Positions 18,706-28,192 of a stretch of DNA of 64,000 bases are shown here, in pieces; position 1 is the stretch's first letter; each line of letters opens with the position of its first letter. The notes under the pieces were generated by a model, which was given only the letters and a program-made list of their open reading frames with translations, was not told where the DNA came from and searched no databases. The position numbers and the translations under genes were made by a program. Source of the DNA: a phage; the NCBI GenBank assembly GCA_024673055.1, contig GCA_024673055.1_4537.1; one strand, 5' to 3'.

Positions 18706-19362
18706 ATGACTATTAAACATATCTCTTTTGATGTATGGAACACACTGATCACAGCAAACTCCAATTACGCAGATATGCGAGCCTGGACTATCGCAAAATA
18801 TGGAGATATTACGGAAGTGGAAGCAAGAGCAGCTTATAAGAAGATCAAAAAGGAACTGGATAATGCAGCACTTCAAGGCAAAGCTGAGTGTGCAGCATAC
18901 GCCTGGGAAAGACTTGGTTCTGAACTTGGGATAACCCCTTGGAAGTCTGCAAAGCTTCGTTTCGAGTGTGAACAGTGGTTCCTTAAGTTTCCACCACACG
19001 TAGCCGTGGATCTGCCGATGTACTTGCTGTATCTTTCGGGACGTTATGATTTGAGTATTAAGAGCAATACCAACTTCATATCAGGAGATATCCTGCGTCG
19101 TGCTTGTAAGTTTGATAGTTGGAATTGTTTTGAGTTCACCCATTTCTCGGATGAAGCTTTACTTTGTAAACCAGATCCGCGATTCTTTGCTCGCACGCTC
19201 ACGTATTCTCCGATCCCTCTATTAGGGCACGAAGTATTGCACGTAGGCGATAGTGAAGAATACGATGGAAAATGTGTTGACTTAGGATTTAACTTCTGTC
19301 ATATTAGGAACCCTAACGACTTACTAGAGAAACTTAAAAGAGGAGAAATTGTAAATGCGTAA
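18706..19362 (+). CDS. HAD-superfamily hydrolase/phosphatase-like protein
   Basis: Motif I-like ISFDVWNTLI, motif III K-PDPRFF, motif IV HVGDSEEYD. Confidence 0.6.
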   Translation: MTIKHISFDVWNTLITANSNYADMRAWTIAKYGDITEVEARAAYKKIKKELDNAALQGKAECAAYAWERLGSELGITPWKSAKLRFECEQWFLKFPPHVAVDLPMYLLYLSGRYDLSIKSNTNFISGDILRRACKFDSWNCFEFTHFSDEALLCKPDPRFFARTLTYSPIPLLGHEVLHVGDSEEYDGKCVDLGFNFCHIRNPNDLLEKLKRGEIVNA

Positions 19363-20182
19363 TCAAACTCAAATTTTTGCAAATAAATTTGATGACCTGG
19401 AAACTGCTACTTTTGATATTAAAGATTATTCAAAATTGAAATTTGGTAGTAACCAGGCTGCGCGTCGTATGGGTAAAGAATTGGCACTTCAGTTTTTTGC
19501 TCAAGTGGCAATGAAACATATTGGGGAACAATTTGTTATAATCCCTTCTCCTTACAACCATGTGCATAATGCTGCAACAATGATGACAGATCATTTTATT
19601 AATTACTTTAATATGTTGCAATCACAATATGATCAAGGTCGTTCAGCAGAACTGGATATTATTCATCGTAAAGTTAGCTATATCAACGATTATGGTTTCT
19701 TGGATAAAGCTAGTCGTAAGAAACTTATTGATGGGGATACATTCTACTGCAACAAAGAATTCTGGGGTGATAAGAAGCTTGTGTTTATTGATGATGTAAA
19801 TATCACTGGAACTCATGAAGACAAACTGATTGAGATCCTTGATGAAAATCAAGTTAAAAATGATGTTTACTTCTTGTATTTTGCAAAATATGAAGGTAAT
19901 CAAGCAGATACCGAAGCTAAACTGAATTTTAATTATATTAATACACCAGAAGCGTTTATTAAAATGATTAATGAAGAACGTGATGCACAGTGCCTTGTTC
20001 GTCCTATTAAGTATCTTATGGGCCAAAATCACGAAGACTTCAAAATCATTCTTAGCCAATTGCCACACTACTATGTAGAGCAACTTTTCTTCGGATGTTT
20101 GGGAGAAGGTTACAACCGAATTTCAAAGTATGCTGAAAACTTTGAATTCTTGGATCGTTACACAAAACAACACATTCTGTAA
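19355..20182 (+). CDS. type I phosphoribosyltransferase-like protein
   Basis: PRPP-binding-like motif KKLVFIDDVNITGTHEDK. Confidence 0.55.
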   Translation: MRNQTQIFANKFDDLETATFDIKDYSKLKFGSNQAARRMGKELALQFFAQVAMKHIGEQFVIIPSPYNHVHNAATMMTDHFINYFNMLQSQYDQGRSAELDIIHRKVSYINDYGFLDKASRKKLIDGDTFYCNKEFWGDKKLVFIDDVNITGTHEDKLIEILDENQVKNDVYFLYFAKYEGNQADTEAKLNFNYINTPEAFIKMINEERDAQCLVRPIKYLMGQNHEDFKIILSQLPHYYVEQLFFGCLGEGYNRISKYAENFEFLDRYTKQHIL

Positions 20183-20195
20183 TAAGGAGCTAAAA

Positions 20196-20681
20196 ATGCT
20201 TAAAATGAAAACAGGTAATCTTATTGATGCCGCTAAAGCAGGTGAAGTAACTGTTATTGCTCATTGTTGCAACTGTATGTGTAATATGGGGGCAGGTATT
20301 GCCCCACAAATAAAATATGCGTTTCCATATGCATACGAAGCAGATTTAGCTACAGGAGCAGGAAACCAGAAAAAGCTTGGTTCTTTTAGTTTAGGAGAAC
20401 CAGAAGATTATCCTAATCCTATGGTATACAACCTTTATGGACAGTATCGTTATGGATACAATAGTAAAGGTCGTCAACTAGATTATGATGCACTGTATGA
20501 TGCTCTTGCAGCTATGGCAATGGACTTACACAATTACGATAAAGGAGATCAACCAGCACATAAGATTGGTCTACCTATGATTGGCGCTGGATATGCTGGA
20601 GGTAATTGGGCTATCATCCAAGTGATGATTGAAGAAACTTTAGTAAAAACAGGTCACGATGTGACTATTTATAAACTTTAA
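20196..20681 (+). CDS. macro-domain protein (ADP-ribose binding/processing)
   Basis: VIAHCCNCMCNMGAGIA and IGLPMIGAGYAGGNW resemble macro-domain Gly-rich motifs; ATG at 20196 after AAGGAG RBS. Confidence 0.6.
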   Translation: MLKMKTGNLIDAAKAGEVTVIAHCCNCMCNMGAGIAPQIKYAFPYAYEADLATGAGNQKKLGSFSLGEPEDYPNPMVYNLYGQYRYGYNSKGRQLDYDALYDALAAMAMDLHNYDKGDQPAHKIGLPMIGAGYAGGNWAIIQVMIEETLVKTGHDVTIYKL

Positions 20682-20693
20682 GAGGAGATTAGT

Positions 20694-20915
20694 ATGGGTG
20701 TTTTTGCAGGTATTGTTGCAGTGGTAAGCTTTTTTGTTATTGCTTTTATGCTTAGTTTGATTCCAGCTTGGTTACTGTTGCTGGCTTACAACTATGTTGC
20801 TGAAGTTATGGGTCATGCAGATATCACTGTCCCAGTAACCTTCTGGACCGTGGTTTGTGTTTCGTTTATTCTGGCTGTATTACGAGGAATCTTTTCCTCT
20901 CATTCAACAAAATAA
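20694..20915 (+). CDS. small membrane protein (2 predicted TM helices)
   Basis: Hydrophobic segments GIVAVVSFFVIAFMLSLIPAWLLLLAY and VTFWTVVCVSFILAVL. Confidence 0.45.
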   Translation: MGVFAGIVAVVSFFVIAFMLSLIPAWLLLLAYNYVAEVMGHADITVPVTFWTVVCVSFILAVLRGIFSSHSTK

Positions 20916-20918
20916 GTG

Positions 20919-20946
20919 TTGACATAGTTCTTAAAAAGAGTAAGAT
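20919..20946 (+). promoter_or_regulatory. sigma70-like promoter TTGACA-16-TAAGAT upstream of terC; 5'UTR hairpin GCGGGGA-ATAGT-TCCCCGC at 20959-20977
   Basis: Direct reading. Confidence 0.45.
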
Positions 20947-20994
20947 ATATCACATGAAGCGGGGAATAGTTCCCCGCAAAGAGAGGAGAAAAGA

Positions 20995-21969
20995 ATGCAA
21001 CTTGGTTTCCCAATTATTGATGTAGTTGTTTTAGTTGGTATTTTGGCATTGTCTATTGGTATCGATTTCTTTGGTCATAAAGAGAATAAAGAAATTGGAA
21101 TTAAATCTGCTTTGCTTTGGTCTGTTTTTTGGATTGCTTTAGCTTTAGGATATTACGCATTCATTTGGGTAGAACATGGTAAAGAGTTTGCCGCGCTTTT
21201 CCTAAGTGGCTATGTGTTGGAAAAGAGTCTTTCTGTAGATAACCTGATGGTGTTCATGGCAATTTTTGCAAGCTTTGGAATTAAGAGCACACATCTCCAA
21301 CATAAGATTTTACTTTGGGGGATTGCAGGAGCCATTGTCTTCCGAGGTATTTTTGTTGCAGCAGGGACCGCTTTGTTTAACCTTCATTGGTCGGTCCAAG
21401 TGTTGTTCGGTTTGATTGTAGCTTGGTCTGCCGTGGCTATCATCAAAGGTGGTGACGAAGAAGAGGATATTGATTACTCTAAGCATTGGGCTGTTCGTTT
21501 AGTAGGTAAAGTTCTGCCTGTGCACAATGCACTGGATGGTGAAAAGTTCATCACCATTAAGAATGGTATTAAATATGCAACTCCTGCTCTTCTTTGTGTG
21601 TTTGTTATTGAGCTTACAGATATTGTCTTCTCTTTTGATTCAGTTCCGGCTGTGATCGGTGTGACACAAGAACCTCTGCTAGTTTATTCTGCAATGCTGA
21701 TGGCTGTTCTTGGTTTACGTGCACTTTTCTTTGTGTTAAGTGTGGCTGTGAAATATCTGGTTCACTTAGAGAAAGCTGTTGCTGTGGTTCTGGTGTTTGT
21801 CGGTGCTAAACTTATGTATCACCCGTTCGGTGAAACACTTCATGCCAAATGGTCATTCCTCCCGCATGATATTTCCCCTAACGTAAGTCTGATGATTGTT
21901 CTAGGCACATTAGCTCTTGGTGTTATTGCAAGTTTTATCTTCCCTGAAAAAGAAGAAGCTGCTGTTTAA
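20995..21969 (+). CDS. terC: TerC-family integral membrane protein
   Basis: Multiple TM segments; EKSLSVDNLMVF and ELTDIVFSFDSVPAVIGVT match TerC signature blocks. Confidence 0.75.
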   Translation: MQLGFPIIDVVVLVGILALSIGIDFFGHKENKEIGIKSALLWSVFWIALALGYYAFIWVEHGKEFAALFLSGYVLEKSLSVDNLMVFMAIFASFGIKSTHLQHKILLWGIAGAIVFRGIFVAAGTALFNLHWSVQVLFGLIVAWSAVAIIKGGDEEEDIDYSKHWAVRLVGKVLPVHNALDGEKFITIKNGIKYATPALLCVFVIELTDIVFSFDSVPAVIGVTQEPLLVYSAMLMAVLGLRALFFVLSVAVKYLVHLEKAVAVVLVFVGAKLMYHPFGETLHAKWSFLPHDISPNVSLMIVLGTLALGVIASFIFPEKEEAAV

Positions 21970-21975
21970 TAGATG

Positions 21976-22000
21976 AGCCTCCTTCGGGAGGCTATTTTAT
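21976..22000 (+). terminator. Rho-independent terminator AGCCTCC-TTCG-GGAGGCT + ATTTTAT
   Basis: Hairpin directly after terC stop. Confidence 0.55.
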
Positions 22001-22011
22001 AGGAGAGACTT

Positions 22012-22362
22012 ATGAATAATTTTGATGAAATTCAAGAACTTATTTGGGATTTATCTGGTGATGTGGATTACGTTTTAGATTATCTTTCAAAAGTTTACCC
22101 TGGGGTAAGCGTTATGATTGTGACCAAAGATCCAATTAATTTGCCTCCTAATGTTGTAGCTTGTTGTGGAAGTGGTTCAGGAGAAGTAGAGCCTGTATCT
22201 CGTTGGGAATTAACTAAAGCTGTTTCAAAACGAAACGGTGAAGTTTTGAATATTGATATCGAACAAATATGGACTTCTCCAGCAGCCAAATGGAACGATC
22301 CAAATGGTTGGGATTTGTTCTTCTGGGATAATGAAACTGATGATGAGGTATTTTTAAAATGA
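22012..22362 (+). CDS. hypothetical protein (116 aa)
   Basis: ORF with RBS. Confidence 0.5.
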   Translation: MNNFDEIQELIWDLSGDVDYVLDYLSKVYPGVSVMIVTKDPINLPPNVVACCGSGSGEVEPVSRWELTKAVSKRNGEVLNIDIEQIWTSPAAKWNDPNGWDLFFWDNETDDEVFLK

Positions 22363-22530
22363 AATACTTGTTGGTTGTGTTTGAAAATATCTGTTTTGCA
22401 ATAGGGTTGTTTGTTGTAATTTTTGTATTGACAAGCGTAATCAACGGCAGTAAAGTGAGTTTATACCGAGATGGAGAGCAACTTTATTGCTTCTCTGGAG
22501 ATTTCAAACATAGATGTATTAATAGTCAAA

Positions 22531-22983
22531 ATGAGGAAAGCAAATATGAAAAAACTAGCCCTGATTTTAATTGGTTGTATCTTTTTAACAGCTTGCGAGG
22601 ATGAAACAAATCCTGCACAATACCAACAACCTCCTCAACAATACGCTCAACAAGGATCTGACGGAGATACAACTATTATCAACAATGGTGGCGGTTCTAG
22701 TAGTAGCGGTGTTGGTGAGTTTGCTACAGGTATGTTGTTAGGGCATATGATGAGTGGTGGTAGTAATCGTAACAGTGGAGATTATAACGATAACAGAACG
22801 ATTATTAATAAGCATTATAATACACCTAAACCGAAAACTAATTTTTATGGTAAGCCTAAACAAGAGATAAAAACTTATGAAAAGCCGAGACAAACTTTTA
22901 AAACAAATAGTAGCTATACAACTCGTAAATCTTACAATAGCCCTTTAAGTAAAAAGAGTTCATCTCGTAGCAAGCGACGTTAA
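22531..22983 (+). CDS. putative lipoprotein (Gly/Ser/Asn-rich, basic C-terminus)
   Basis: Signal peptide with lipobox LTAC; start may be 22531 or 22546. Confidence 0.5.
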   Translation: MRKANMKKLALILIGCIFLTACEDETNPAQYQQPPQQYAQQGSDGDTTIINNGGGSSSSGVGEFATGMLLGHMMSGGSNRNSGDYNDNRTIINKHYNTPKPKTNFYGKPKQEIKTYEKPRQTFKTNSSYTTRKSYNSPLSKKSSSRSKRR

Positions 22984-22997
22984 TAAGGAGAAAAACA

Positions 22998-23591
22998 ATG
23001 ACAATTTCTATTCGTACTTCCATTACAGGTGTTAAAAGTTTGCCTAATGCTTTGCAAATCACACGTGCTTTGAGGGATACGTTCTCTGCTGTGGATGAGC
23101 ATAAGATGCTCGATAATCTCTCAAATTGGCCCTATTTTCATTATTTTAAAAACGAAGACGACGAGTTTATAGACGCTGTTTCTTACGGTTATGATTTCGG
23201 TAAGGAAGTTTCCCCTGAAGAATTTGTAGCTACTGTGTTCCCAAACGGTTTGCCTACTCGCAGTAAACGTAAAAAAGGACCAAAAAACAAGAAACGTGCT
23301 ACTAATAAAGCTACCATTTTCTTTACTGATGGCACACAATATACGATTAAAGATTTTGAAGAGGTATCTTATACAGCAGGTGGGAGTCTTTCTTTCTACA
23401 CCATCAAAAAACAAAACTATACGTTCAGCCATGTTTCTAACATGATTGAAATGTTAGTAGAAGATATTGAAAGCGTGGCTGTGTTAGGTATGCATAAAAG
23501 CTTTTTAATTACAAATATTTCAGATTTCAGTGCAAGTTTATCTGGCCCTGATTTTGAAGCCACGACCACGTATTTCGCTTTTAAGGTGTAA
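22998..23591 (+). CDS. hypothetical protein (197 aa)
   Basis: ORF with AAGGAG RBS. Confidence 0.5.
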   Translation: MTISIRTSITGVKSLPNALQITRALRDTFSAVDEHKMLDNLSNWPYFHYFKNEDDEFIDAVSYGYDFGKEVSPEEFVATVFPNGLPTRSKRKKGPKNKKRATNKATIFFTDGTQYTIKDFEEVSYTAGGSLSFYTIKKQNYTFSHVSNMIEMLVEDIESVAVLGMHKSFLITNISDFSASLSGPDFEATTTYFAFKV

Positions 23592-23594
23592 GTT

Positions 23595-24185
23595 ATGCAT
23601 ACCGAGAGAGACTTGCAACTCTTGTGGTGGGAAGTGATGCAGGAAATAAAAGAAGATTTTCCTGTTTACTACAACATGTTACGTGAAGCAGGATATAAAG
23701 CTTGTGTTAGAAACAAAGTGAATAACTCTTTCGGTTGGTGCAACTACCGAGATAAAATTGTTGTTGTAAATTGGCACTTGCATAAGAACTCCACAAGAGA
23801 TATGATCGTGGATACAATGAAGCACGAAATTGCTCATGCTATTGATGGTTGTATGGGTAAGTTTAGTAGGCACGGTGCTCATTGGCAAAAACTGGCAGCA
23901 GAATTAGGGGCTAATCCTAAAGCCACTTCCAAAGAGCCGTTGAACCACGAATATAAATATGTTCTTGTTCTGGTAGATAGGTTTGCGACAAGATGTGTTA
24001 GAGGTTATAATCGTAAACCTAATCGCATGTACCCAGGTAAGCAACCTAATATGTGGTTGAAATCAGATAAAGAAGGGACCGAAGGAAAATTATGGTTGTA
24101 TAAATGGGACGATTGGGTTAAAGTAGCTAAAGAGTACGGTGTTTCACCATATATAAGAGATGCAGAAGAGGAGAATGAAGAATGA
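23595..24185 (+). CDS. SprT-like zinc metallopeptidase
   Basis: HEIAHAIDG (HExxH) followed by HGAHWQKLAAELG, as in SprT-like proteins. Confidence 0.55.
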   Translation: MHTERDLQLLWWEVMQEIKEDFPVYYNMLREAGYKACVRNKVNNSFGWCNYRDKIVVVNWHLHKNSTRDMIVDTMKHEIAHAIDGCMGKFSRHGAHWQKLAAELGANPKATSKEPLNHEYKYVLVLVDRFATRCVRGYNRKPNRMYPGKQPNMWLKSDKEGTEGKLWLYKWDDWVKVAKEYGVSPYIRDAEEENEE

Positions 24186-25294
24186 CAAGTCCATTTTTAA
24201 AAGCAGCTACTGGTGGTCAGAAGAAGCCTGAAATGAGCGTATTTGCTGCAACAACAGATGCAAGTAAATCTGTATTCGCTCCAAGCGTGTTAGATGCCAG
24301 TCCTGTTTATGCACCAGCGGCACCGCAAGAAGTTCCAGTTTTGCCTTCTATGACCCGACAAGAGATTGAAGAGATTGGGGCAGAGGCAGGAACAACCTTG
24401 CGTTCCTTGAATGCCGAGGTGTTAAAACATCAACGTAGTAATCAAGGCGATCAGATGAGTGAACGACTCACAGCTTTGATTAAACAGGCAAAACAACTTG
24501 ATCCAAACTCTATTAAACAAAGCAAGGGTATTACTAAACTCATTAAAAAAGTTATGGGTATGAAAGAAGACCTGTTCGGGGAGTTTGATAATGTTAATAA
24601 CCGTATTGAAGAGTTGGTAAAGAACCTTCAAATGGATATTCGCAAAGAAGAAGATTCCTTAGTATATCTTGAAAAGCTACATCAAGCTATTGGACAATAT
24701 GCTGCAAGTTTGAACCGAGATATGCAGCTTCTAACAGCAACCTATGAAAAAGAAGAACAAGCTTTGGCTGCTCTTCCAGAAGATGCAGTAGAACAGCGAC
24801 AAGTGATCCGAGATACTTTGGATCTTCTGGAGATTCGTATTGCAGATTTAAAAGCATTGCGCCTACTGTGTGTCCAAATGGGACCGCGTGTACAAGGTAT
24901 GCAAAAAGTTTCTGCAAGCTTAATGCGATCTGCGCGTAACATAGTAAATAATGTTATTCCTGCTTACTCTGCTAACTTCTCAATGTATATCGAGAGCTTA
25001 CGTCAAATGAAAGCAGCAGAGACGCAGAATAACGTTCTTGATGAATTTAACCTGGCAATTAAACTGGGTAGCGATCTTGCCACACAGAATCAGATCGAAG
25101 CAGCAGCACTGGCTAACCGTCAAGTGTTGGATATTGAAACTCTGCGTCACGATCAGGAAAACTTGGTTAAGATGTTGGAAGAAACTAACCGCATCAATAC
25201 GGAAGCCCGTGCTGCTCGTGTTGATTATATTAATGAAGTTCAGTCTCTGGAAGACGGGATGGTAGCTGCTGTGAAACGAGGGCTTGGTAAATGA
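24182..25294 (+). CDS. coiled-coil protein, possibly TelA-like toxic-anion-resistance family
   Basis: 370-aa helical protein inside a Ter-like gene neighbourhood; family assignment by size and context only. Confidence 0.4.
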   Translation: MTSPFLKAATGGQKKPEMSVFAATTDASKSVFAPSVLDASPVYAPAAPQEVPVLPSMTRQEIEEIGAEAGTTLRSLNAEVLKHQRSNQGDQMSERLTALIKQAKQLDPNSIKQSKGITKLIKKVMGMKEDLFGEFDNVNNRIEELVKNLQMDIRKEEDSLVYLEKLHQAIGQYAASLNRDMQLLTATYEKEEQALAALPEDAVEQRQVIRDTLDLLEIRIADLKALRLLCVQMGPRVQGMQKVSASLMRSARNIVNNVIPAYSANFSMYIESLRQMKAAETQNNVLDEFNLAIKLGSDLATQNQIEAAALANRQVLDIETLRHDQENLVKMLEETNRINTEARAARVDYINEVQSLEDGMVAAVKRGLGK

Positions 25295-25488
25295 GAATCC
25301 GTATCTATATAATTGATGAGGACATTGGTGTCCGTTATGATGACGAAAAACGATTCGCACCGATGGGAGGCATATATCCCCCAAGTGTTCTAGCAGTTTG
25401 TCGTGATTGTTATATTTATGAAGGTTGTCGTAACTTCCGTAAATTCGAACTCCTTGCAGATATTGACTTCAATGAGGAGGAGGAGTAA
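25291..25488 (+). CDS. small Cys-containing protein (65 aa)
   Basis: ORF, CRDCYIYEGC. Confidence 0.4.
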   Translation: MRIRIYIIDEDIGVRYDDEKRFAPMGGIYPPSVLAVCRDCYIYEGCRNFRKFELLADIDFNEEEE

Positions 25489-25661
25489 TGAAAATATTAC
25501 GAGTGAATATTGAAACTGCTTGGTGTGGATGCAATGAGGTTGTGGATATCGAAATTGAAGATGATATGTCTCAAGAGGATATAGAAGATCTTGCACACGA
25601 AACCTTTCAGGATTATTGTAATTACGGGTTCCATATTTTAGAGGAGGAAGAAGATGTATAA
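25488..25661 (+). CDS. hypothetical small acidic protein (57 aa), not in ORF track
   Basis: ATG overlapping previous stop (TAATG); GGAGGAGG RBS. Confidence 0.3.
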   Translation: MKILRVNIETAWCGCNEVVDIEIEDDMSQEDIEDLAHETFQDYCNYGFHILEEEEDV

Positions 25662-26052
25662 TCCAACAGGTATTCTTTTAAAACTTACAGTAACAGACCC
25701 TACTCTTTTCACTAAGTTAGCAAGTGGTGAAGTTTATGAAGTAATGAAAGATGATGACGGTTGGTGTTATCTTTGTGGCTACTTCCTCTGTGATGCAGAA
25801 GAGTTAGAATCCATTGTAACTAAAGGTTTTTATGAAGAACCAGGGTTCCGTGTGGAAACTACGCAGAAACCTGATACCATTACGTTGACTCGACAGGAAC
25901 TGATCACAATCATTGAAGATGCTTTTATTGATGGCTGGAATACACAAGATAATGACTGGGGTGGACCCGAAGCTTTTCTGGAACATCATAAAGCTTATGG
26001 AGAATTTTGTGAAACCACTGTAGCTCTTGATAATCTGAAGGAGGGTTTGTAA
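25654..26052 (+). CDS. hypothetical protein (132 aa)
   Basis: ORF with RBS. Confidence 0.45.
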   Translation: MYNPTGILLKLTVTDPTLFTKLASGEVYEVMKDDDGWCYLCGYFLCDAEELESIVTKGFYEEPGFRVETTQKPDTITLTRQELITIIEDAFIDGWNTQDNDWGGPEAFLEHHKAYGEFCETTVALDNLKEGL

Positions 26053-26615
26053 TGGGTTGTTTTAGCTTTTTGTGCAAAGAATCGGGCAAAGCTGCCCTTT
26101 CTACTTCTTTCGACGGATCACCTTGCTACCTCTTTCTTTTGAAGGACGGTGTTGTTATTGAAGAGATGTATGGCAACTATGATAGTTATGGTTGTGTTTT
26201 CTCTGGAAAGGAGGATGAAAATGGTGTTCGTGAACGATTTGAATGGGCTATGGATTGGAGTAAGGTTTGTGATTTGATGCATTCCTCAAATCCAAGGGAC
26301 GGTATCGCTATGGTGCTGGAAGAGTACTTTACAGGTGAAATCCCTACAGAACAATCTGACGGAGATCCTAACCAAGGTTGGGGTGATGGTGAAGAAGATC
26401 CAGATTGTTTTTTCAGCACAGAAAAGAATAAGTTTAAACGTGTTGACAACCCTTATCACAAAGTGCATAATACTCTCATTGAAACAGAAGATGACAAGAT
26501 GGAAATTGAAGAAGATGATCCTCTTGTAACACTTCCTATAAGTGAGTTACAAAAGATCACTAAGGAAGCTTACGATTTGGGCTTCAAAATTGGTAGAGGA
26601 GGTATGCGTGTTTAG
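26052..26615 (+). CDS. hypothetical acidic protein (187 aa)
   Basis: ORF with RBS. Confidence 0.45.
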   Translation: MGCFSFLCKESGKAALSTSFDGSPCYLFLLKDGVVIEEMYGNYDSYGCVFSGKEDENGVRERFEWAMDWSKVCDLMHSSNPRDGIAMVLEEYFTGEIPTEQSDGDPNQGWGDGEEDPDCFFSTEKNKFKRVDNPYHKVHNTLIETEDDKMEIEEDDPLVTLPISELQKITKEAYDLGFKIGRGGMRV

Positions 26616-26886
26616 ATTCAATATTCAAGAAGAAAAAAGTCAAGATTTACCTATTGCTTTCGAAGATCTTGACGTAGGGGCAACATTCATGTATTATGAT
26701 GCCTATGAAGACGCAGGGTTGGATACCTACCGTAACTTGGTGTTCATTAAAAATTCCACAAACAGTGCGATTTGTATTAATGGATCACTAGCACAACGAG
26801 GCTATACTCATTGCATCCCACCAGATACAAATATGGTGGAAGTAGATTTAGAAGTTACCAATATTACACTTAAGAAGGAGAAATAA
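26608..26886 (+). CDS. small protein, paralog A of 27908-28177
   Basis: GTG start after AGGAGG; shares (I/F)xDLDVG(A/D)TF(M/V)Y...GLD...EV(D/E)L(E/T)VT(N/G)ITLK with 27908-28177. Confidence 0.45.
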   Translation: MFRFNIQEEKSQDLPIAFEDLDVGATFMYYDAYEDAGLDTYRNLVFIKNSTNSAICINGSLAQRGYTHCIPPDTNMVEVDLEVTNITLKKEK

Positions 26887-26887
26887 T

Positions 26888-27682
26888 ATGTCCGAGAAAA
26901 TCAGCCTGAAAAAACGTCAAGAAAACCTTGCTTTCTCTCTGAAAAAGAATAAGAACCTGAATGAAGGTAAGATTGTTCTTCGTGTAGCATGTGCTCTAGA
27001 TATTTCTGGTAGTATGCATGGTCTATATTCTAGTGGGGTAGTGAGTGATTTTGTAGGTAAACTGCTTCCTTTTGGTATGCTGTTCGACGATAATCAACAA
27101 ATTGATATGTGGGCCTTCAATACGAGTTCCCAAGAGCTTACTCCAGCAACAGCAGACGTTTACGATGACTATGTTGGTAAATGTATGCGTAATGTTCGTA
27201 TCGGAGGTGGAACAAATTACGCCCCTGTAATGGCAGATATCTACGATGAGTATTTTGGCACTGTTACCAAATATATTACCACTAAACAAGTGGTACAAGA
27301 GGAGGCTCCAAAGAAAGGCTTCTTTAATCGTCTGCTTGGTAAAACTGAAACAGTGTCTGTAGAGCGTGAAAAAGTTGTAGCTGTATCTGAACCAGGTGCT
27401 GACGTTACCCCTGGTGTTGTATTCTTCCAGACGGATGGTGAGAATGGTGATCCTAGTGCTGTTCGTCGTCTTATTGAAGAGAATAAGAATAAACCTATTT
27501 ATTGGTTCATGGTTGGCGTTGGTAATGAGAAGTTTGGCTTCCTGAAAGAACTGGCAAATGCTTATGATAATGTTGGTTTTATTGGCATTAAAGATTTAGA
27601 CTTGACAGATTCAGAGCTTTATGACAAACTCTTATCTGAAGAGTTCGGAGAGTGGGTTGTTAAAGTAGGTGCTAAAAAATGA
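26888..27682 (+). CDS. von Willebrand factor A (vWA) domain protein, TerY-like, with TerD-like N-terminal leader
   Basis: MIDAS motifs DISGSM, GGTN, QTDGE; N-terminus KISLKK...SLKK resembles TerD N-terminus. Confidence 0.7.
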   Translation: MSEKISLKKRQENLAFSLKKNKNLNEGKIVLRVACALDISGSMHGLYSSGVVSDFVGKLLPFGMLFDDNQQIDMWAFNTSSQELTPATADVYDDYVGKCMRNVRIGGGTNYAPVMADIYDEYFGTVTKYITTKQVVQEEAPKKGFFNRLLGKTETVSVEREKVVAVSEPGADVTPGVVFFQTDGENGDPSAVRRLIEENKNKPIYWFMVGVGNEKFGFLKELANAYDNVGFIGIKDLDLTDSELYDKLLSEEFGEWVVKVGAKK

Positions 27683-27927
27683 TCGACGAGCTTGCCTCTC
27701 AAGTCATAGAAAATTATTGGCGCGAGAGAGAAGCTTTCATTATGCGCAGTCTCAAAGAGTATTTCATTGGGACTGTGCGAATGGAAGATATTGTAAGTAG
27801 AGTAGAGATTCATGTATGGCCCGATTATGAAGAATGGGTTGACAAAGAAAATGAAAATGCTATAATTCTTCGTATATACAAACCGGAGATAACATTAGGA
27901 GGAAGAAGTGTTAAACTTCGAAATTGA
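27679..27927 (+). CDS. hypothetical protein (82 aa)
   Basis: ORF, start overlaps previous stop. Confidence 0.4.
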   Translation: MIDELASQVIENYWREREAFIMRSLKEYFIGTVRMEDIVSRVEIHVWPDYEEWVDKENENAIILRIYKPEITLGGRSVKLRN

Positions 27928-28177
27928 TGAGCAAAAAGTAAATAAACGATGTCTTACCATTAAAGATTTGGATGTAGGAGATACTTTCGTCTATGAAAAT
28001 GCATTTGACGAAAATGGTTTAGACCTTAGTGAAATCATTGTTTATTTAAAAGTAGATGATGGGGAAAATGATTGTTCTGCTGTAGAACTAAACCATCATG
28101 CACAATTAGTATCAATCCAAAACACATCCAAGCTTTTGGAAGTAGAATTGACTGTAACTGGTATTACACTTAAATAA
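27908..28177 (+). CDS. small protein, paralog B of 26608-26886
   Basis: See 26608-26886. Confidence 0.45.
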   Translation: MLNFEIDEQKVNKRCLTIKDLDVGDTFVYENAFDENGLDLSEIIVYLKVDDGENDCSAVELNHHAQLVSIQNTSKLLEVELTVTGITLK

Positions 28178-28192
28178 TAGAGGAGACAAAAG

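Noticed and set aside
20130-20195. Upstream start of the macro-domain ORF
   Set aside because: Overlaps the preceding PRTase gene; ATG at 20196 follows AAGGAG RBS
20947-20994. Possible yybP-ykoY (Mn) riboswitch upstream of terC, as seen for some TerC-family genes
   Set aside because: The 5'UTR is only about 45 nt with a single simple hairpin, far too short for that riboswitch
26870-26886. Shared ITLKK-type ending of the small paralogs as a meaningful motif related to the TerD ISLKK leader
   Set aside because: The last codons overlap the AAGGAG ribosome-binding site of the downstream gene, so the similarity is at least partly an RBS constraint
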